From IMG/VR virus record IMGVR_UViG_3300048592_000081, positions 1-55,792 of that record: a stretch of DNA of 55,792 nt, one strand, 5' to 3'. Position 1 is the first letter of the stretch. Every line of letters starts with the position of its first letter. The notes beneath the pieces were generated by a model that had not been told where the DNA came from, ran no database searches, and saw nothing but the letters and a program-made list of their open reading frames with translations. The DNA comes from a virus. Taxonomy: Duplodnaviria > Caudoviricetes. Below are positions 8,507 through 19,035 of this stretch, piece after piece. A program made the translations under genes and the position numbers.

Positions 8507-9084
8507 ACGATCTCGAACTGCATGCGCAGGTTACGCCCCATGCCGATGTTCCTGAGTCGCTGCGATGCCGGAATGCTGTCGCGCAAGAAGTATTCGGTCA
8601 GGTAGCGATCACGCTGCTGGCGATAGTACAGGGTGTCGCCGCGGATGTACGCGAAGATCACATCGGAGGCGCCGAGTATCGCTGGCCGCTTGTCGTCGAG
8701 CGCAAGCCGCGGTGAGCGAGCATCGGCGAATGTCGTTGTCGTGTAGCCGGGAATGGCGTTGTCGTACCAGTAGAGTTTGACGACTGCATCGCTGACGTAA
8801 GCCAGCGCCACGTTCATGTTCTGATCGAACGCGAGCGAGATTTCCGTGATGTTGAAGTCCTGGATCAACTGGAATGGTGCCTCGTTGCCCGGCTGCAGGT
8901 ACACCCATCCGTCGTTCCCGTTGTAGAAAGCTTTCCAGTTCTTGACGCGCAAGCCCAGTGACGGATTGTTCAGTGCCACGCCGCCGAGTTCGTAGTCGAT
9001 CAGCAGCGACGACAGCAAGGTATCGGGCGGCATGAACAGGGAGTTCACGGCAATCGACGAGTAGGTGTTAAGCGGCAGGGCCAT
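8503..9084 (-). CDS. virion structural protein
   Basis: DYELGG.ALN...SLAFDQN...LDDKR...YRQQRDRY motif of Chi/YuA-type tail modules. Confidence 0.8.
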   Translation of the reverse strand: MALPLNTYSSIAVNSLFMPPDTLLSSLLIDYELGGVALNNPSLGLRVKNWKAFYNGNDGWVYLQPGNEAPFQLIQDFNITEISLAFDQNMNVALAYVSDAVVKLYWYDNAIPGYTTTTFADARSPRLALDDKRPAILGASDVIFAYIRGDTLYYRQQRDRYLTEYFLRDSIPASQRLRNIGMGRNLRMQFEIV

Positions 9085-9093
9085 GATGGTGCG

Positions 9094-10032
9094 TCAGATC
9101 GTCTTGCGAGCCCAGGCCAGCTTGAGGTCGAGCATCAGCGTGTTGGTGTTGCGCTTCGGGATTGGCGGGTCGAATGACATCTTCCACTGGCCGAATCCAC
9201 CACTGAGGATGCTCATCATGTAGACATCGGCGTTGCCTTGGGAAATCGAGAATGTCGCGCGGTGGGTGATCTCGTAGCTGTTATCAACGTAGGTTCCAGC
9301 CGAATAAGTGCCAGATGCAATCTGAGTTGCGGTCGGCGTGGTCGTGTAGTCACCAAGAGTTCCTGAAGCGTAGATGATCGGGTAGATATCAGGGACTTCC
9401 GTATCCATTCCGCTTGAAGTGAATCTGGTGTAATAAAGACTCCCCCAAGAAGAGAATGCCGAAGGACGCAGAACCGTGTCGTAATCAATACCTGCAATGT
9501 TGACCACTGCGATGGTGTCGGTGATCTTAGGGTACAGCCGCAACTCGTAAATGACGTCCAAGAACTCGTCGCTGAGTACCGTGATTGCTGTCGGCTCGCC
9601 GAGCCCGTCGAGGATCAATGCGCGGCTGAAGCAGGACGTGTCGGAATTACCGATGCCGACTTCCGTGAGGTTGCCTGCCGCAACACCTTCGTTGAACCTG
9701 TAGGTCCATCGGACATACGCATAGTTGTCAGTCAGATCGACACCGCGCACGATTGACGTCGCGCTCGTCGTAGAGGCAATGCGGTTGTCCAGTTGGCTCT
9801 GCGTAGCAACAGGTGTCGACGTACCCGTTCCAACCATGCAACGCGACTGCGGGTAGATCGTGCCGAACGTGTTCAGCCCGTTGTTCAGGATCAGGTTCGG
9901 GAACCAGTCGGCAAGCACGCGACGCCGCCCTGTGCGCCTGCTGACAGCCTCCATGCGGAAGCGGCCGGCGAGACCGACGTTGGCCTTGCGGGCGATGGTG
10001 GGGCGGTCGCTACGGAAGATCATGGGAATCAC
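9094..10032 (-). CDS. virion structural protein (paralog A)
   Basis: GRFRMEA...FPNLILNNGLN...VGTG...F.EG.AAGNL.EVG...FSRALI.D..G.P; start codon uncertain. Confidence 0.85.
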   Translation of the reverse strand: MIPMIFRSDRPTIARKANVGLAGRFRMEAVSRRTGRRRVLADWFPNLILNNGLNTFGTIYPQSRCMVGTGTSTPVATQSQLDNRIASTTSATSIVRGVDLTDNYAYVRWTYRFNEGVAAGNLTEVGIGNSDTSCFSRALILDGLGEPTAITVLSDEFLDVIYELRLYPKITDTIAVVNIAGIDYDTVLRPSAFSSWGSLYYTRFTSSGMDTEVPDIYPIIYASGTLGDYTTTPTATQIASGTYSAGTYVDNSYEITHRATFSISQGNADVYMMSILSGGFGQWKMSFDPPIPKRNTNTLMLDLKLAWARKTI

Positions 10033-10051
10033 CTGTGCTTCTGAATGGACG

Positions 10052-11038
10052 TCAGACCCGACCCCACGACTGGCGGAACGTCAGGCTGAGAACCTTCGTA
10101 TTGTCCTTCGGGATCTTCGGAGTGAATGCAAATTGGTATTTCGGGTTGTCCCAAGACGGACGACGGAACGGGCAGACTGCACCGAGGCCACTGGCAAAGT
10201 TCGCTTCTGACAGAGAGAACTCGAACGTGCAATCCCGCTGAAGAGAATTGTCCACGTAAGGCAACATCGGCGGGGTCGTACCACGAGAAACACGACCTGC
10301 CGGAGCGGCTGTGCGTGCCCCTAGAATATTCGTTTCAGCAACGGCGCATGCCTGTGTTAGAGAAAATGCCATGGACAAATGATAATTTGATGACCACGGG
10401 CCTGAACTCGCATGAACATTATTTACGCTTGCCGCTCGACCCGTGTAGTCATAACTGGAACCAGAAATGTTGATGGCCCCCAAAACATCGTCTAGCGGGG
10501 GATAGGTTCTGAAGAAATACTCAACATCGAGAATGTCGTCTGCCAGTTTCTCGATTGTCGTCGGTGTGCCAACCCCATCAACCACGAGTGCTCGACTGAA
10601 CAAAGATCCTGACGCCGCCCATGCGACACCAACCTCGGCAATGGTCCCTGTGCCGACGCCTTCTGCGAAACGACGAAGCGTGCTCACTTCCGCGTAATCA
10701 GGTGGGCCGGCAAAGTATGTGTCGAGTTGTCCTGCTACTACCGAAGCATTTGATCCAGCGAGCCACGATGCGAGCGCCGAATCGGTGACAGCAGGTGCGG
10801 TGTTTCCACTGCCAATTTGAAAATGAGAACTGACGGTTTGACTTCCAAATGGCTGATCTTGTACTTTTCCGAGCCTATTCAGCCCAGCGTTCGTGATCAG
10901 GTTGTCGAACTCAAGAACCTTGTGCGGCGCACGGTCTCGCTTCATGAGCGAAAGGCGGAACCTACCGCTCACCCTGGTAGGAATGACGATCTCGCGCTTC
11001 GGCTCGATGATCTTGCGGGTGAAGACGATCAGACTCAT
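10052..11038 (-). CDS. virion structural protein (paralog B)
   Basis: ATG 11038 overlaps the upstream stop (ATGA); same motifs as 9094..10032. Confidence 0.85.
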   Translation of the reverse strand: MSLIVFTRKIIEPKREIVIPTRVSGRFRLSLMKRDRAPHKVLEFDNLITNAGLNRLGKVQDQPFGSQTVSSHFQIGSGNTAPAVTDSALASWLAGSNASVVAGQLDTYFAGPPDYAEVSTLRRFAEGVGTGTIAEVGVAWAASGSLFSRALVVDGVGTPTTIEKLADDILDVEYFFRTYPPLDDVLGAINISGSSYDYTGRAASVNNVHASSGPWSSNYHLSMAFSLTQACAVAETNILGARTAAPAGRVSRGTTPPMLPYVDNSLQRDCTFEFSLSEANFASGLGAVCPFRRPSWDNPKYQFAFTPKIPKDNTKVLSLTFRQSWGRV

Positions 11039-13074
11039 ACCAATGTGCCCCCAACGATGCTCGGCGTGACGTCCATCGCCTCGTCCGGCCATTCCTCGTA
11101 AGTAATCAGTTGCTCGTTCAGCCCGCCGCCAACGATGCTCGGCGTGACGCCCATCGCCTCGTCCTCCATCTCGTAGTCGAGCAGCGCGACACGCAGTTCG
11201 CCGGACACGAGGTCGTAAGACGTGATCTCGATGGACTCAGGCGGCCAATCACTGTACGTCGACAGGATGGCCCTCAGTTCCCCGTCAACGATATCCGCGG
11301 CAGGAGCAATGCCTTCGGTGTAGTACAACTTCTCTTTGAGTGCTGCTGCAACAATCGACGGATCAACCGTCATCTCGTCGAGCGGCGTGAGCGGATAGGG
11401 CTTGCTTGTGACGAAGCATTCAATGGGTGGAAGCCCGTCGTCGCGTGCCGTCTTGACGACGATACCGCTGCGCAGCACTGCGGAATCATCAACGAGGTGT
11501 TGGATCTCGAAAGAGTCCTGGTCGAAACGACTCGGCAAGACGAAGGTGATCCTCTCAATCTCGGCGAGCGCAATGGCCGGTAGCGCCACCGTGACGTAGA
11601 AACGCTCATAGTCGCCAACCTTCTCGACCGTGGCGATCGTGCGATAGAACGGCGTGCGGCCATCCTTGAACACGACGGCGAGCGTCAATCGAGCGTCCTG
11701 CGGCACCTTCAGGTAATCAGCAAAACCGGCATCGCGCGCATCGAAGAAGATCCCGCCGATGTCGCCGATCGGATAGATGTGCGCCACCCAGTCGGGAAAC
11801 CAGAAACACACGGCACGGCCGCGAGCGTTCTGCAGGAAGGCCCGCCATGCGACCATCTGGCGGCGGCCGAACGTGTGAACCGTGGCCCGCATGCCAATGC
11901 GTGTCCGCAGTGCCGGATCGGTGACATCGACCGTGCCAGTGTCGTTGTCGAGCATGAACACCGAGCGATCGAACTCGGCAGTCACGTTGTTCTGGCGGTC
12001 GATCTTGAATCCGAACAACGGGGCACAGGCGCCCCACGATCCTTCGGTGATCCCCTTGAACGGCTCTTTCAACTCGAACCGAGCTTGCAGGTTGCTCGTG
12101 TCGTCGGTCAGGTGATTGAACGGCGTGGCGTCGAGCACGCGAGCCACGCGCAGCGGCATGATCTTCGCCCCGATGCCCCATGTGCCGACAGGTGCCGATG
12201 CGAATGTCAGCGTGTCGGTTCCGTCGTATCTTGCGCTGATCTCAAGGATCTCGTAGTTCGCCTGATTGACGTACACCACGACGAGATCGCCGACATTAAA
12301 CTCACGGTACTGCAGCGTCTCGGTCGGGAAGGTCAGCGTCGAGGCGAGAACCGTGCTCAACGGGTACTGTTCATGCCACAACGGGATAAGACATTCGTTC
12401 TTGCCGGTGCCCGTAAAGAAGTTGTCCAGGCGTGCCCGCAAGATTCCCTTGCGGAGAAACGAAGCCTCGAATGATCGGCGCGGATAGCGGCGAACCGATC
12501 GACGCTGCTCGACGTCGGCCTCGCTCGACAGCACGTCGGTATTCCAAGACAGTCGTTCGAGAATCCCGCCCGCCCAATTGGGCATGACCGAGAAGAACGG
12601 ATAGGTCAGGCGGGTGTCGCTGATCTCCGGGATCGAGGCATCGGGGACAGGTGCGGTGTCGAACACCCAGCCTTCACTGCCAGAGGCATAGACTAGTTTC
12701 CCGTACTGCCAGATCGAGAAAGCCACGTAGCACGATGACGTGCTCGTGCTCAGGTTCACGAGGATGATGTCGAGCCGCTTGCGCCCACGGGGGATGAAGA
12801 CGGTGTACTCGGCAACGCCGTCAGTCACCGTGTTGCTGAACAGCACTCGCCCGTTCTGCTGCTCGACCGAAGCGACCCAGGTGGCCGCGTCATCGACGTA
12901 GCACTTGATCGTGTAGACACCACCCTCGAAGTCAAACCACTTGGCGAGGTGGAATGTCGTGCGTGCCGCGGCAGTGCCGATAGGTGATGCGACCGAGATT
13001 GCCGTCTCGCCAGCCGTGAACTCCGCGTTCTGCGGCGCAGGAATGGCGAACTGAAAGGCAGCACCGACCGCCAT
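11035..13074 (-). CDS. distal tail (Dit-like) virion protein with C-terminal repeats
   Basis: Follows the tape measure gene; PNW.GG..ERL.W.T...EQRR..R..PRR motif. Confidence 0.8.
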   Translation of the reverse strand: MAVGAAFQFAIPAPQNAEFTAGETAISVASPIGTAAARTTFHLAKWFDFEGGVYTIKCYVDDAATWVASVEQQNGRVLFSNTVTDGVAEYTVFIPRGRKRLDIILVNLSTSTSSCYVAFSIWQYGKLVYASGSEGWVFDTAPVPDASIPEISDTRLTYPFFSVMPNWAGGILERLSWNTDVLSSEADVEQRRSVRRYPRRSFEASFLRKGILRARLDNFFTGTGKNECLIPLWHEQYPLSTVLASTLTFPTETLQYREFNVGDLVVVYVNQANYEILEISARYDGTDTLTFASAPVGTWGIGAKIMPLRVARVLDATPFNHLTDDTSNLQARFELKEPFKGITEGSWGACAPLFGFKIDRQNNVTAEFDRSVFMLDNDTGTVDVTDPALRTRIGMRATVHTFGRRQMVAWRAFLQNARGRAVCFWFPDWVAHIYPIGDIGGIFFDARDAGFADYLKVPQDARLTLAVVFKDGRTPFYRTIATVEKVGDYERFYVTVALPAIALAEIERITFVLPSRFDQDSFEIQHLVDDSAVLRSGIVVKTARDDGLPPIECFVTSKPYPLTPLDEMTVDPSIVAAALKEKLYYTEGIAPAADIVDGELRAILSTYSDWPPESIEITSYDLVSGELRVALLDYEMEDEAMGVTPSIVGGGLNEQLITYEEWPDEAMDVTPSIVGGTLV

Positions 13075-13075
13075 G

Positions 13076-16000
13076 TCAGCCGCCCTTCAGCATCGAGCGC
13101 ACGGTCGGCAGGTTCTTGCGGAGGTGCATGATCGTGACTTGCTCGCCTTCCGCGCCAGCCATTGCCTCGGCCACGCGGCTGCGATCGTCCACGAGCACGA
13201 ACCGCTGCGCCATCGTCGCTGCGCCACCGCGGGCAGCAAGACCGCCGTTCATCACGTTCCGGGGGTCGCTCTTGGACAGGACTTCCTCGTTCTTCTGCAA
13301 GATCGCCGGGTACTCGTCAGGACGCAGGCCGACGAGTCCGCCCGAGTGGTAGCGCGGTGCGTTGGCGAACCACGTCGGAGAGACATTCCGCGAGCGGTTC
13401 GATCCCTGACCGACGACCATGCCGCTGTGAGCAACGGGAACGCCGATGGACCGCAGTGCGATGAGGATCTGCTGTCGGAGGATCGCCTTGGCAATCTCGG
13501 CGAGCACGTCGGCAAGCGTCTGCAGGATCGTCTGACCGACAGCCTTGAAGACATCCCCCCACTTGGCCGTGCCTTGCGCAACCTTCGTCAGCGACTCTTG
13601 CAATGCGTTGAGCGAGTTGTCAATGCCTTGCCCAATGCCACGCCGAATGATCTGACCCGTGCGGTCGAACTCGGCGTTCATCCGCTCGCCGCTGCCGATG
13701 GCGAGTAACAACTTGTCGATGAACTCCTGCACACGCACGGGATCGAACGCACCGTCGATGGACAGTGCGAACTCGCGGCCGAGCGCCGCCAGTGCCTCGA
13801 TCTGCGGCTGCAGTTGAGCAATGACCTCGCGCCGCTCGACGTCGGCCTGCTGCTGCGTCAGGATGCCCGCAGCCTCCTTGTCGGCAATGGTGCGCAGCCG
13901 AGCCTCGCGGCTTTGCAGCAGATCATTGACCTGACTCTCGCGTCGCTGCAGTTCGTCCTTGATGAACTTCTGACGCTCAAGGATTTCCAGTTCGCGGATC
14001 GTCGCGTCGAGCCGGCGCCCGGCCTCGTCAGCAGGCGCCGTGTCACGTTGGTTCGCTTCGAGCGTTGCGCGGAAGTCGGCGATCTGTCGGTACGTGCCTT
14101 CGTAGGACTTCCGAATCGCCTCAAGGCGGGCGTCTAGTGAGTCCTTCTCCTTGCGGCCCGATGCAGCTTCAGCCTGCTCGATCTTCGACAGGATGGCTTC
14201 TTGTTCGGCCAGGAGTTTGTCGTTGAACTTGCGCGTCGTCTGCAACTTCAGTTGACCGACAGCCGTCTCAAGTTGCGCGAGGAACTGACTGGCCTGTTCG
14301 CCACCGAGTTTCTGAATGCGGCGCGCGAGCGCTTGGTACTCGGTATCGATGGCTCCGAGTTGCGCAGACAACGTGTCGGTCTGCGACCGATCGATCTTGG
14401 CGTCGAGCGCTTCGAGGGCTCGCGTGATCGCCTCGATCTCGCGTTGCCGCTTGGCAATGTCGGCAGCGCTCGCCTCGCCGGACCCAGCCGGCGTGCGCTT
14501 CGGTGGGGCAAGGGTTGTTCCGGCTTGCTGAATCTTGACTTGCTGCGGCTGTGCAGCAGCAATCGCCTCATCAGCAAGGTCGTTCCCAATCTCACGAATC
14601 CGCTTAAGGTCTTCTTCAGACTGGCGACGAATTTCTGCAACACGCGACGACACTTGTTCGTTCGTGCGGAACGTCAATGTGTCTATGGCCGACTGAATGC
14701 CTTCGCCCAATCCTTTCAAGCCGAGCGCATTGGCACCGGCCTTCAAGATCGTCAGAAGAGTGCGAGTAAAAACAGTTGACGAATTGAGAATGCGCTTGTA
14801 CGCATTGCTGATGAGTCGCGGGAGGTCTTCCCACAGTTCCATCGCGCCGAACTTGATGCGCGACCACAGTTCGGCAAACCCCGTGACAAGCGCCACGCCG
14901 GCAAGCCGTACTTCGACGAACTTGTCTCGGAAATACGCGCCAATCTGCCAGCCGATGACGAATGCATTGAAGGCAAGAACTGCCTTTTGAACTAACGTCA
15001 GTGCTGTGCTAACGCCAAGAATCGCCTTCGCCGCAGCGCCGCCGCGCGTGACGATGCTTGCGAAGATATTGCCAGCAAAAGCCGCGACGACGACGACGAG
15101 TGCAGACTTGACCAGTTCTAGGTTCTCAACCAAGAACCGAAGTACATTCGCAACGGAACTGAATGCCGACGAAAGGTCTCTGGCGAACTGCTTCCCGTCG
15201 TCGCTGCGGAAGAACTCCTGCAACTCGCGCAGCAGATTGACGTAGGCATCGGCAAAGCCGGCGTCGGCAATCTCCTTCTTGAAGAACAGGACCGAGTTGT
15301 TGAAGCGCTGCTGCTCGGCGTCCAGGGAGCGAAGCGCCGGGCTCAGTGCTCCTTGTGCAGCACGACGGATCGACTCAGCAACCGTCAGCAAGTTCTCAGC
15401 ACCGACCAAGCCCTGTTCAAGCGCCTTGTCGAGATTCGGGAAGACGTCTTTCAACGCCTCTTGCGCGAACGCGAACGCACCCGGCAAACGCTCGCCGATC
15501 TGCTGCCTCAGTTCTTCAGCCTGAATCTTGCCCTTCGAGAACGACTGCCCGAGTGCGTTGAATAGGCCGTTCAACTCGTCCGGCGTCAAGTTGATGACCC
15601 GAGCGACCTCTGCGAACGACTCGAAGATGAACCGTGTCTCGTCCAGGCCCGCGCCGCTGCGACGTGCGGCGGCCGAGAACTTCGCGTAGCTCTTGCTTGC
15701 GAACTCGAAGTTGACGCCAAGCCGCTCGGCTTGCTCGGCGAGATATTCAATCTCTTCGGCGACTTCAGGGCCTGTCGCGTCAGTGTCGAACGCAAACGCC
15801 AGGGTATTCGCCAAGCCCTGACGCTGCGTGAAGGCACGAAGCGAATCGCCAGCCAGTCCGATGACACCCTGCAGCCCGACATAGGCTGCAGTCAGCGCAA
15901 GAACCTCACCTCGGATGCGCTGAATCAGCGACAGCGTGGTCCGGCCTTCGTCACGGAACAACGAGAAGCCCTTGGCGCCCCCCTTGGTCGTCTCGACGTT

Positions 16001-17482
16001 GTAGGTCTTGACTGCCGTCGTGAGTTGCTTCGTGGCCTCGGTTGCCGTGCGAGCACCGCGAGCAAGCCGCTCTTGCGCTTCACCTAGGTTGCGGTTGTCG
16101 ATGCCAGCCGCACGCAGCGCGTCGCGTGACTGCCGCGTGACTGCAATCTGATCGCGCAGTGCCGCGGCAGCACGCTTGACGCGCGCCTCGGCCTCTGCGA
16201 GAGGCTTGATGAACTGCTGCGCCGAGTCGCCGCCTGCCCGGACTGCCGCCGCGTACTGCGTGACCTGTGCTCGCGCCTGACTCAGTTCACTTCGCGTGGC
16301 CCGCAGAGCCGCAGCCTGTTTCCTGAAATCATCGATGAGGCGGGCCTGCCCGGAGATGGCGTCCTGAGCCGCACGGAGATTCCTGAATTGATCTGCGACG
16401 TCCTTGACTGGCCCGTTGATCTTGGAGATCCCCGATGCGAGTTCCTGGATCTGCTTCTCGACCCCATCAAGGGTCTCGCGGGCCTTCTCGGCTGGCGACG
16501 TGATCTGTTTGATCGCATCGGCCACGGAGACGATCTTCGGCCGCAGGTTCGTCGAGGCGCGGGCGAGAGTGCTGTACTGGCGTGCTGCCGCTTCAGCGTC
16601 GTCTGCGGTCTTGCGCAGCCCGGCATCACGCTTGTTCGCTTCCTCGATCTTCCGTTGGTTCTCAAGGTAGCGCCGGGTGAACTCTTCGGACTCACGGATC
16701 GCCGCGAGTTCGCTGTCGGCTTGCACACGACCGCGGCGCTGCTGCTCGAACTGCGCGGCATGCTGGATGATCGCCAGTCGGTCAGCCTCGGCCTGCTCGA
16801 TCTTCTTGATCGCTGCGACACGCTGATCGGCAGCTAGGCGCGCGTCGGCCTCATTGCCGGCCTGCAGGCGTTGAAGCAGTTGTTGCTCACGCGCGAAGTC
16901 GCGCGCAGCCGCCTTGCCTTCTTCGAGCGTCTTGTTGTAGTTCGTCAGTTCGCCGCGCGCACGGTTGAACGCAGTCGCTGCGGCGAGAACCTGTTCGTCG
17001 ACTCGCGCGATGGCGGCAGCGACATTCGACGTGTCGTCGCCGGTTTCCTTGAGCGCGGCTTCAAGGTTCTCGAACGACTGACGGAATCCAGTCAGCCGCT
17101 TCTCGGCATTCTGATAGGCGAGTGTGAGGCGCTGCAGCCGCGCCTGTTGCTCGTCGCTGCGATTCTCGCCGAGCTTGGCGTTGAACGCATCGAGCGAGTT
17201 GCGGGCCTTCTCGACAGCCGCTTGCTGCTTCTCGATCTGTTCGGTGAGTTTCTGCAGTTCCTGCAAGGCGCCGCGCCGGGCGCCGAGTTCCTGCTGAACC
17301 TGCTTGAGCGCTTCCTGCGAAGCGGTCAGTTCCTTGAAGGAGCTTTCGCCGCGCCGAGCGGCAGCGGCTTGCGCGTCGAGCGCCTTTTCGAGATCGACAA
17401 TCGACTTGGTGATCGACTCAAGATCGCGGCCCCCTTGCAACCGGGCCTTGATGAGAAGTTCGACTTGCTTCTGGTCAATCAC
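13076..17482 (-). CDS. tape measure protein
   Basis: 1468-aa Ala-rich helical protein; SKGKIQAEELRQQIGERLPGA tape-measure motif and C-terminal RYHSGG...PAIL..NEEVL. Confidence 0.95.
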   Translation of the reverse strand: MIDQKQVELLIKARLQGGRDLESITKSIVDLEKALDAQAAAARRGESSFKELTASQEALKQVQQELGARRGALQELQKLTEQIEKQQAAVEKARNSLDAFNAKLGENRSDEQQARLQRLTLAYQNAEKRLTGFRQSFENLEAALKETGDDTSNVAAAIARVDEQVLAAATAFNRARGELTNYNKTLEEGKAAARDFAREQQLLQRLQAGNEADARLAADQRVAAIKKIEQAEADRLAIIQHAAQFEQQRRGRVQADSELAAIRESEEFTRRYLENQRKIEEANKRDAGLRKTADDAEAAARQYSTLARASTNLRPKIVSVADAIKQITSPAEKARETLDGVEKQIQELASGISKINGPVKDVADQFRNLRAAQDAISGQARLIDDFRKQAAALRATRSELSQARAQVTQYAAAVRAGGDSAQQFIKPLAEAEARVKRAAAALRDQIAVTRQSRDALRAAGIDNRNLGEAQERLARGARTATEATKQLTTAVKTYNVETTKGGAKGFSLFRDEGRTTLSLIQRIRGEVLALTAAYVGLQGVIGLAGDSLRAFTQRQGLANTLAFAFDTDATGPEVAEEIEYLAEQAERLGVNFEFASKSYAKFSAAARRSGAGLDETRFIFESFAEVARVINLTPDELNGLFNALGQSFSKGKIQAEELRQQIGERLPGAFAFAQEALKDVFPNLDKALEQGLVGAENLLTVAESIRRAAQGALSPALRSLDAEQQRFNNSVLFFKKEIADAGFADAYVNLLRELQEFFRSDDGKQFARDLSSAFSSVANVLRFLVENLELVKSALVVVVAAFAGNIFASIVTRGGAAAKAILGVSTALTLVQKAVLAFNAFVIGWQIGAYFRDKFVEVRLAGVALVTGFAELWSRIKFGAMELWEDLPRLISNAYKRILNSSTVFTRTLLTILKAGANALGLKGLGEGIQSAIDTLTFRTNEQVSSRVAEIRRQSEEDLKRIREIGNDLADEAIAAAQPQQVKIQQAGTTLAPPKRTPAGSGEASAADIAKRQREIEAITRALEALDAKIDRSQTDTLSAQLGAIDTEYQALARRIQKLGGEQASQFLAQLETAVGQLKLQTTRKFNDKLLAEQEAILSKIEQAEAASGRKEKDSLDARLEAIRKSYEGTYRQIADFRATLEANQRDTAPADEAGRRLDATIRELEILERQKFIKDELQRRESQVNDLLQSREARLRTIADKEAAGILTQQQADVERREVIAQLQPQIEALAALGREFALSIDGAFDPVRVQEFIDKLLLAIGSGERMNAEFDRTGQIIRRGIGQGIDNSLNALQESLTKVAQGTAKWGDVFKAVGQTILQTLADVLAEIAKAILRQQILIALRSIGVPVAHSGMVVGQGSNRSRNVSPTWFANAPRYHSGGLVGLRPDEYPAILQKNEEVLSKSDPRNVMNGGLAARGGAATMAQRFVLVDDRSRVAEAMAGAEGEQVTIMHLRKNLPTVRSMLKGG

Positions 17483-18151
17483 TTTCGTCGAGCCTCTTCA
17501 GTACCTTAGCCAGTTGCTTGCCGGCTTTGGAGTCGAACACTGAAGCAATGACCATCTGCATCTGCGCCGCATCTGCTCGCCGTCGTGCGGCTTGGCGTTG
17601 CCTGATGATCCGTGCCTCCGACCACGCGAATCCGATGGGGTAGTTCCTTGCTTCGGTGTGGCCCTCCGAAAGCAGCAGACTCACATCGCGGCGAAGACCT
17701 TGGTAGAACCGGATTACCCGATTCTCGCCGTCGTCTTCGTGATCTTGTTGCTCACTTCCGTCTTCTTCAGGAGCGCCGCGATTAGCTCCATCGCTTTTTT
17801 TATGCCACCCACGTCGTTGAACGTGAGTTCGCCGATGTCGAGAAGTGCCTGCACCTGGATCGGGAAAGGCAACCGCTCGGCATCCTTGGCAGAACCCTCG
17901 CCGGCCGCCAACGCGATGACGTTTGCAGCGAATCCCGGAGCATTCGACACCACAGACAGCACGAGCGGCTGCATCTTCTGCGCGTCCATCTGTTCCAGGT
18001 TCCCGAACAACTCGAACAGCGATTCGAGATCCGGGAAGTGCTCGCGCACGAGCACCGCCACGTCGTTGAGACCGAGTCCCCGGACCTGGAACGAGTTCGT
18101 CGTTCCGATCTGGATGACCCGGTGCTCTGGCTGAAAGCCTGCGAGGGGCAT
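17475..18151 (-). CDS. tail assembly chaperone G-T-like frameshift product (-1 at 17795..17801)
   Basis: A AAA AAA slippery heptamer; the -1 frame is open from there into the 17475..17684 ORF. Confidence 0.8.
17714..18151 (-). CDS. tail assembly chaperone (gpG-like)
   Basis: Between tail tube and tape measure genes; VRGLGL.D...L motif. Confidence 0.9.
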   Translation of the reverse strand: MPLAGFQPEHRVIQIGTTNSFQVRGLGLNDVAVLVREHFPDLESLFELFGNLEQMDAQKMQPLVLSVVSNAPGFAANVIALAAGEGSAKDAERLPFPIQVQALLDIGELTFNDVGGIKKAMELIAALLKKTEVSNKITKTTARIG

Positions 18152-18163
18152 GCGTTACTCCGA

Positions 18164-18991
18164 TCAGCTCGCCACTGCGCGACCGTCGATGTAGACGCCC
18201 TGGATGTTGGACGCCTTCTGCAGCACCTCGAAGGTGAACGACATGGTTTGCCAGTCGTCGCCTTTCAGGTTGTAGTCGCCGTTCGGCGACAGCTTGCAGT
18301 ACGGCATGTAGTAGTCCCGGTTCGAGCCCTTCGGGTTGTCGGCCACGAAGCGCAGCGCACCGTAGATCGACTGCGACTTCGAGATCACCTGTTCACGGGT
18401 GGCGGCGGCCACGTCGTAGGTGATCTCGATTTCCGTGTCGTCCGGGATGTCCGCGGAACCCGGGATGATGTAGAGACGGCCGAGCGCCTCGTCGACTTCC
18501 CAGTTGGTTGCAGCCGCGACGTTGGTCGCAAAGCCGACACCCTTGGCAATGACGACGTTGCTGACGATCCGCACACCACTGGGGTTCGTCTCGCTCGCAC
18601 CGATCTGGTAGAACATGCCCTGCTTGACCGTCACGACTTGCGTCGAGGCCACGGCAGCGGATTGCACTTCACTGGTCGCGCCGTCCGACAGGAACAGCAA
18701 CGCGAGGTTCGTCGCGTCGATGTGGTCCGTCGTCAGCGTGCCGGTGCGATCGAGTTGCAGCGACACGGAGTCGTCCTTGACCCGAATGCCGCCCTCCGAC
18801 GAGAAGTGATCCAACACCTCTTCCTCGGACGTCATGTTGAATTCGGTCGTGTTGCCGAAGTAGCGCTCGCCCTCGCCTTGCGTGGCAGCGGTGATGCCGG
18901 CAGCAACCTGTGCCGGCGTGAAGCGGTCGAAGAAGACCCGGCCACGGCCGAGCGTGTAGTTCTTGCCGCCGAGATCGGACGTGATGGGCAT
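18164..18991 (-). CDS. major tail tube protein
   Basis: NYTLGRG..FF, ERYFGN, LRFVADNPKG and LKGDDWQ motifs; strongly biased codons. Confidence 0.9.
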   Translation of the reverse strand: MPITSDLGGKNYTLGRGRVFFDRFTPAQVAAGITAATQGEGERYFGNTTEFNMTSEEEVLDHFSSEGGIRVKDDSVSLQLDRTGTLTTDHIDATNLALLFLSDGATSEVQSAAVASTQVVTVKQGMFYQIGASETNPSGVRIVSNVVIAKGVGFATNVAAATNWEVDEALGRLYIIPGSADIPDDTEIEITYDVAAATREQVISKSQSIYGALRFVADNPKGSNRDYYMPYCKLSPNGDYNLKGDDWQTMSFTFEVLQKASNIQGVYIDGRAVAS

Positions 18992-19035
18992 TGCTTGCTC
19001 CTACAGTGGATGGGAAAACAGCAAGTGGATTTTAA

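Noticed and set aside
398-13074. Diversity-generating retroelement acting on tail genes
   Set aside because: No reverse transcriptase and no adenine-variant template/variable repeat pair noticed.
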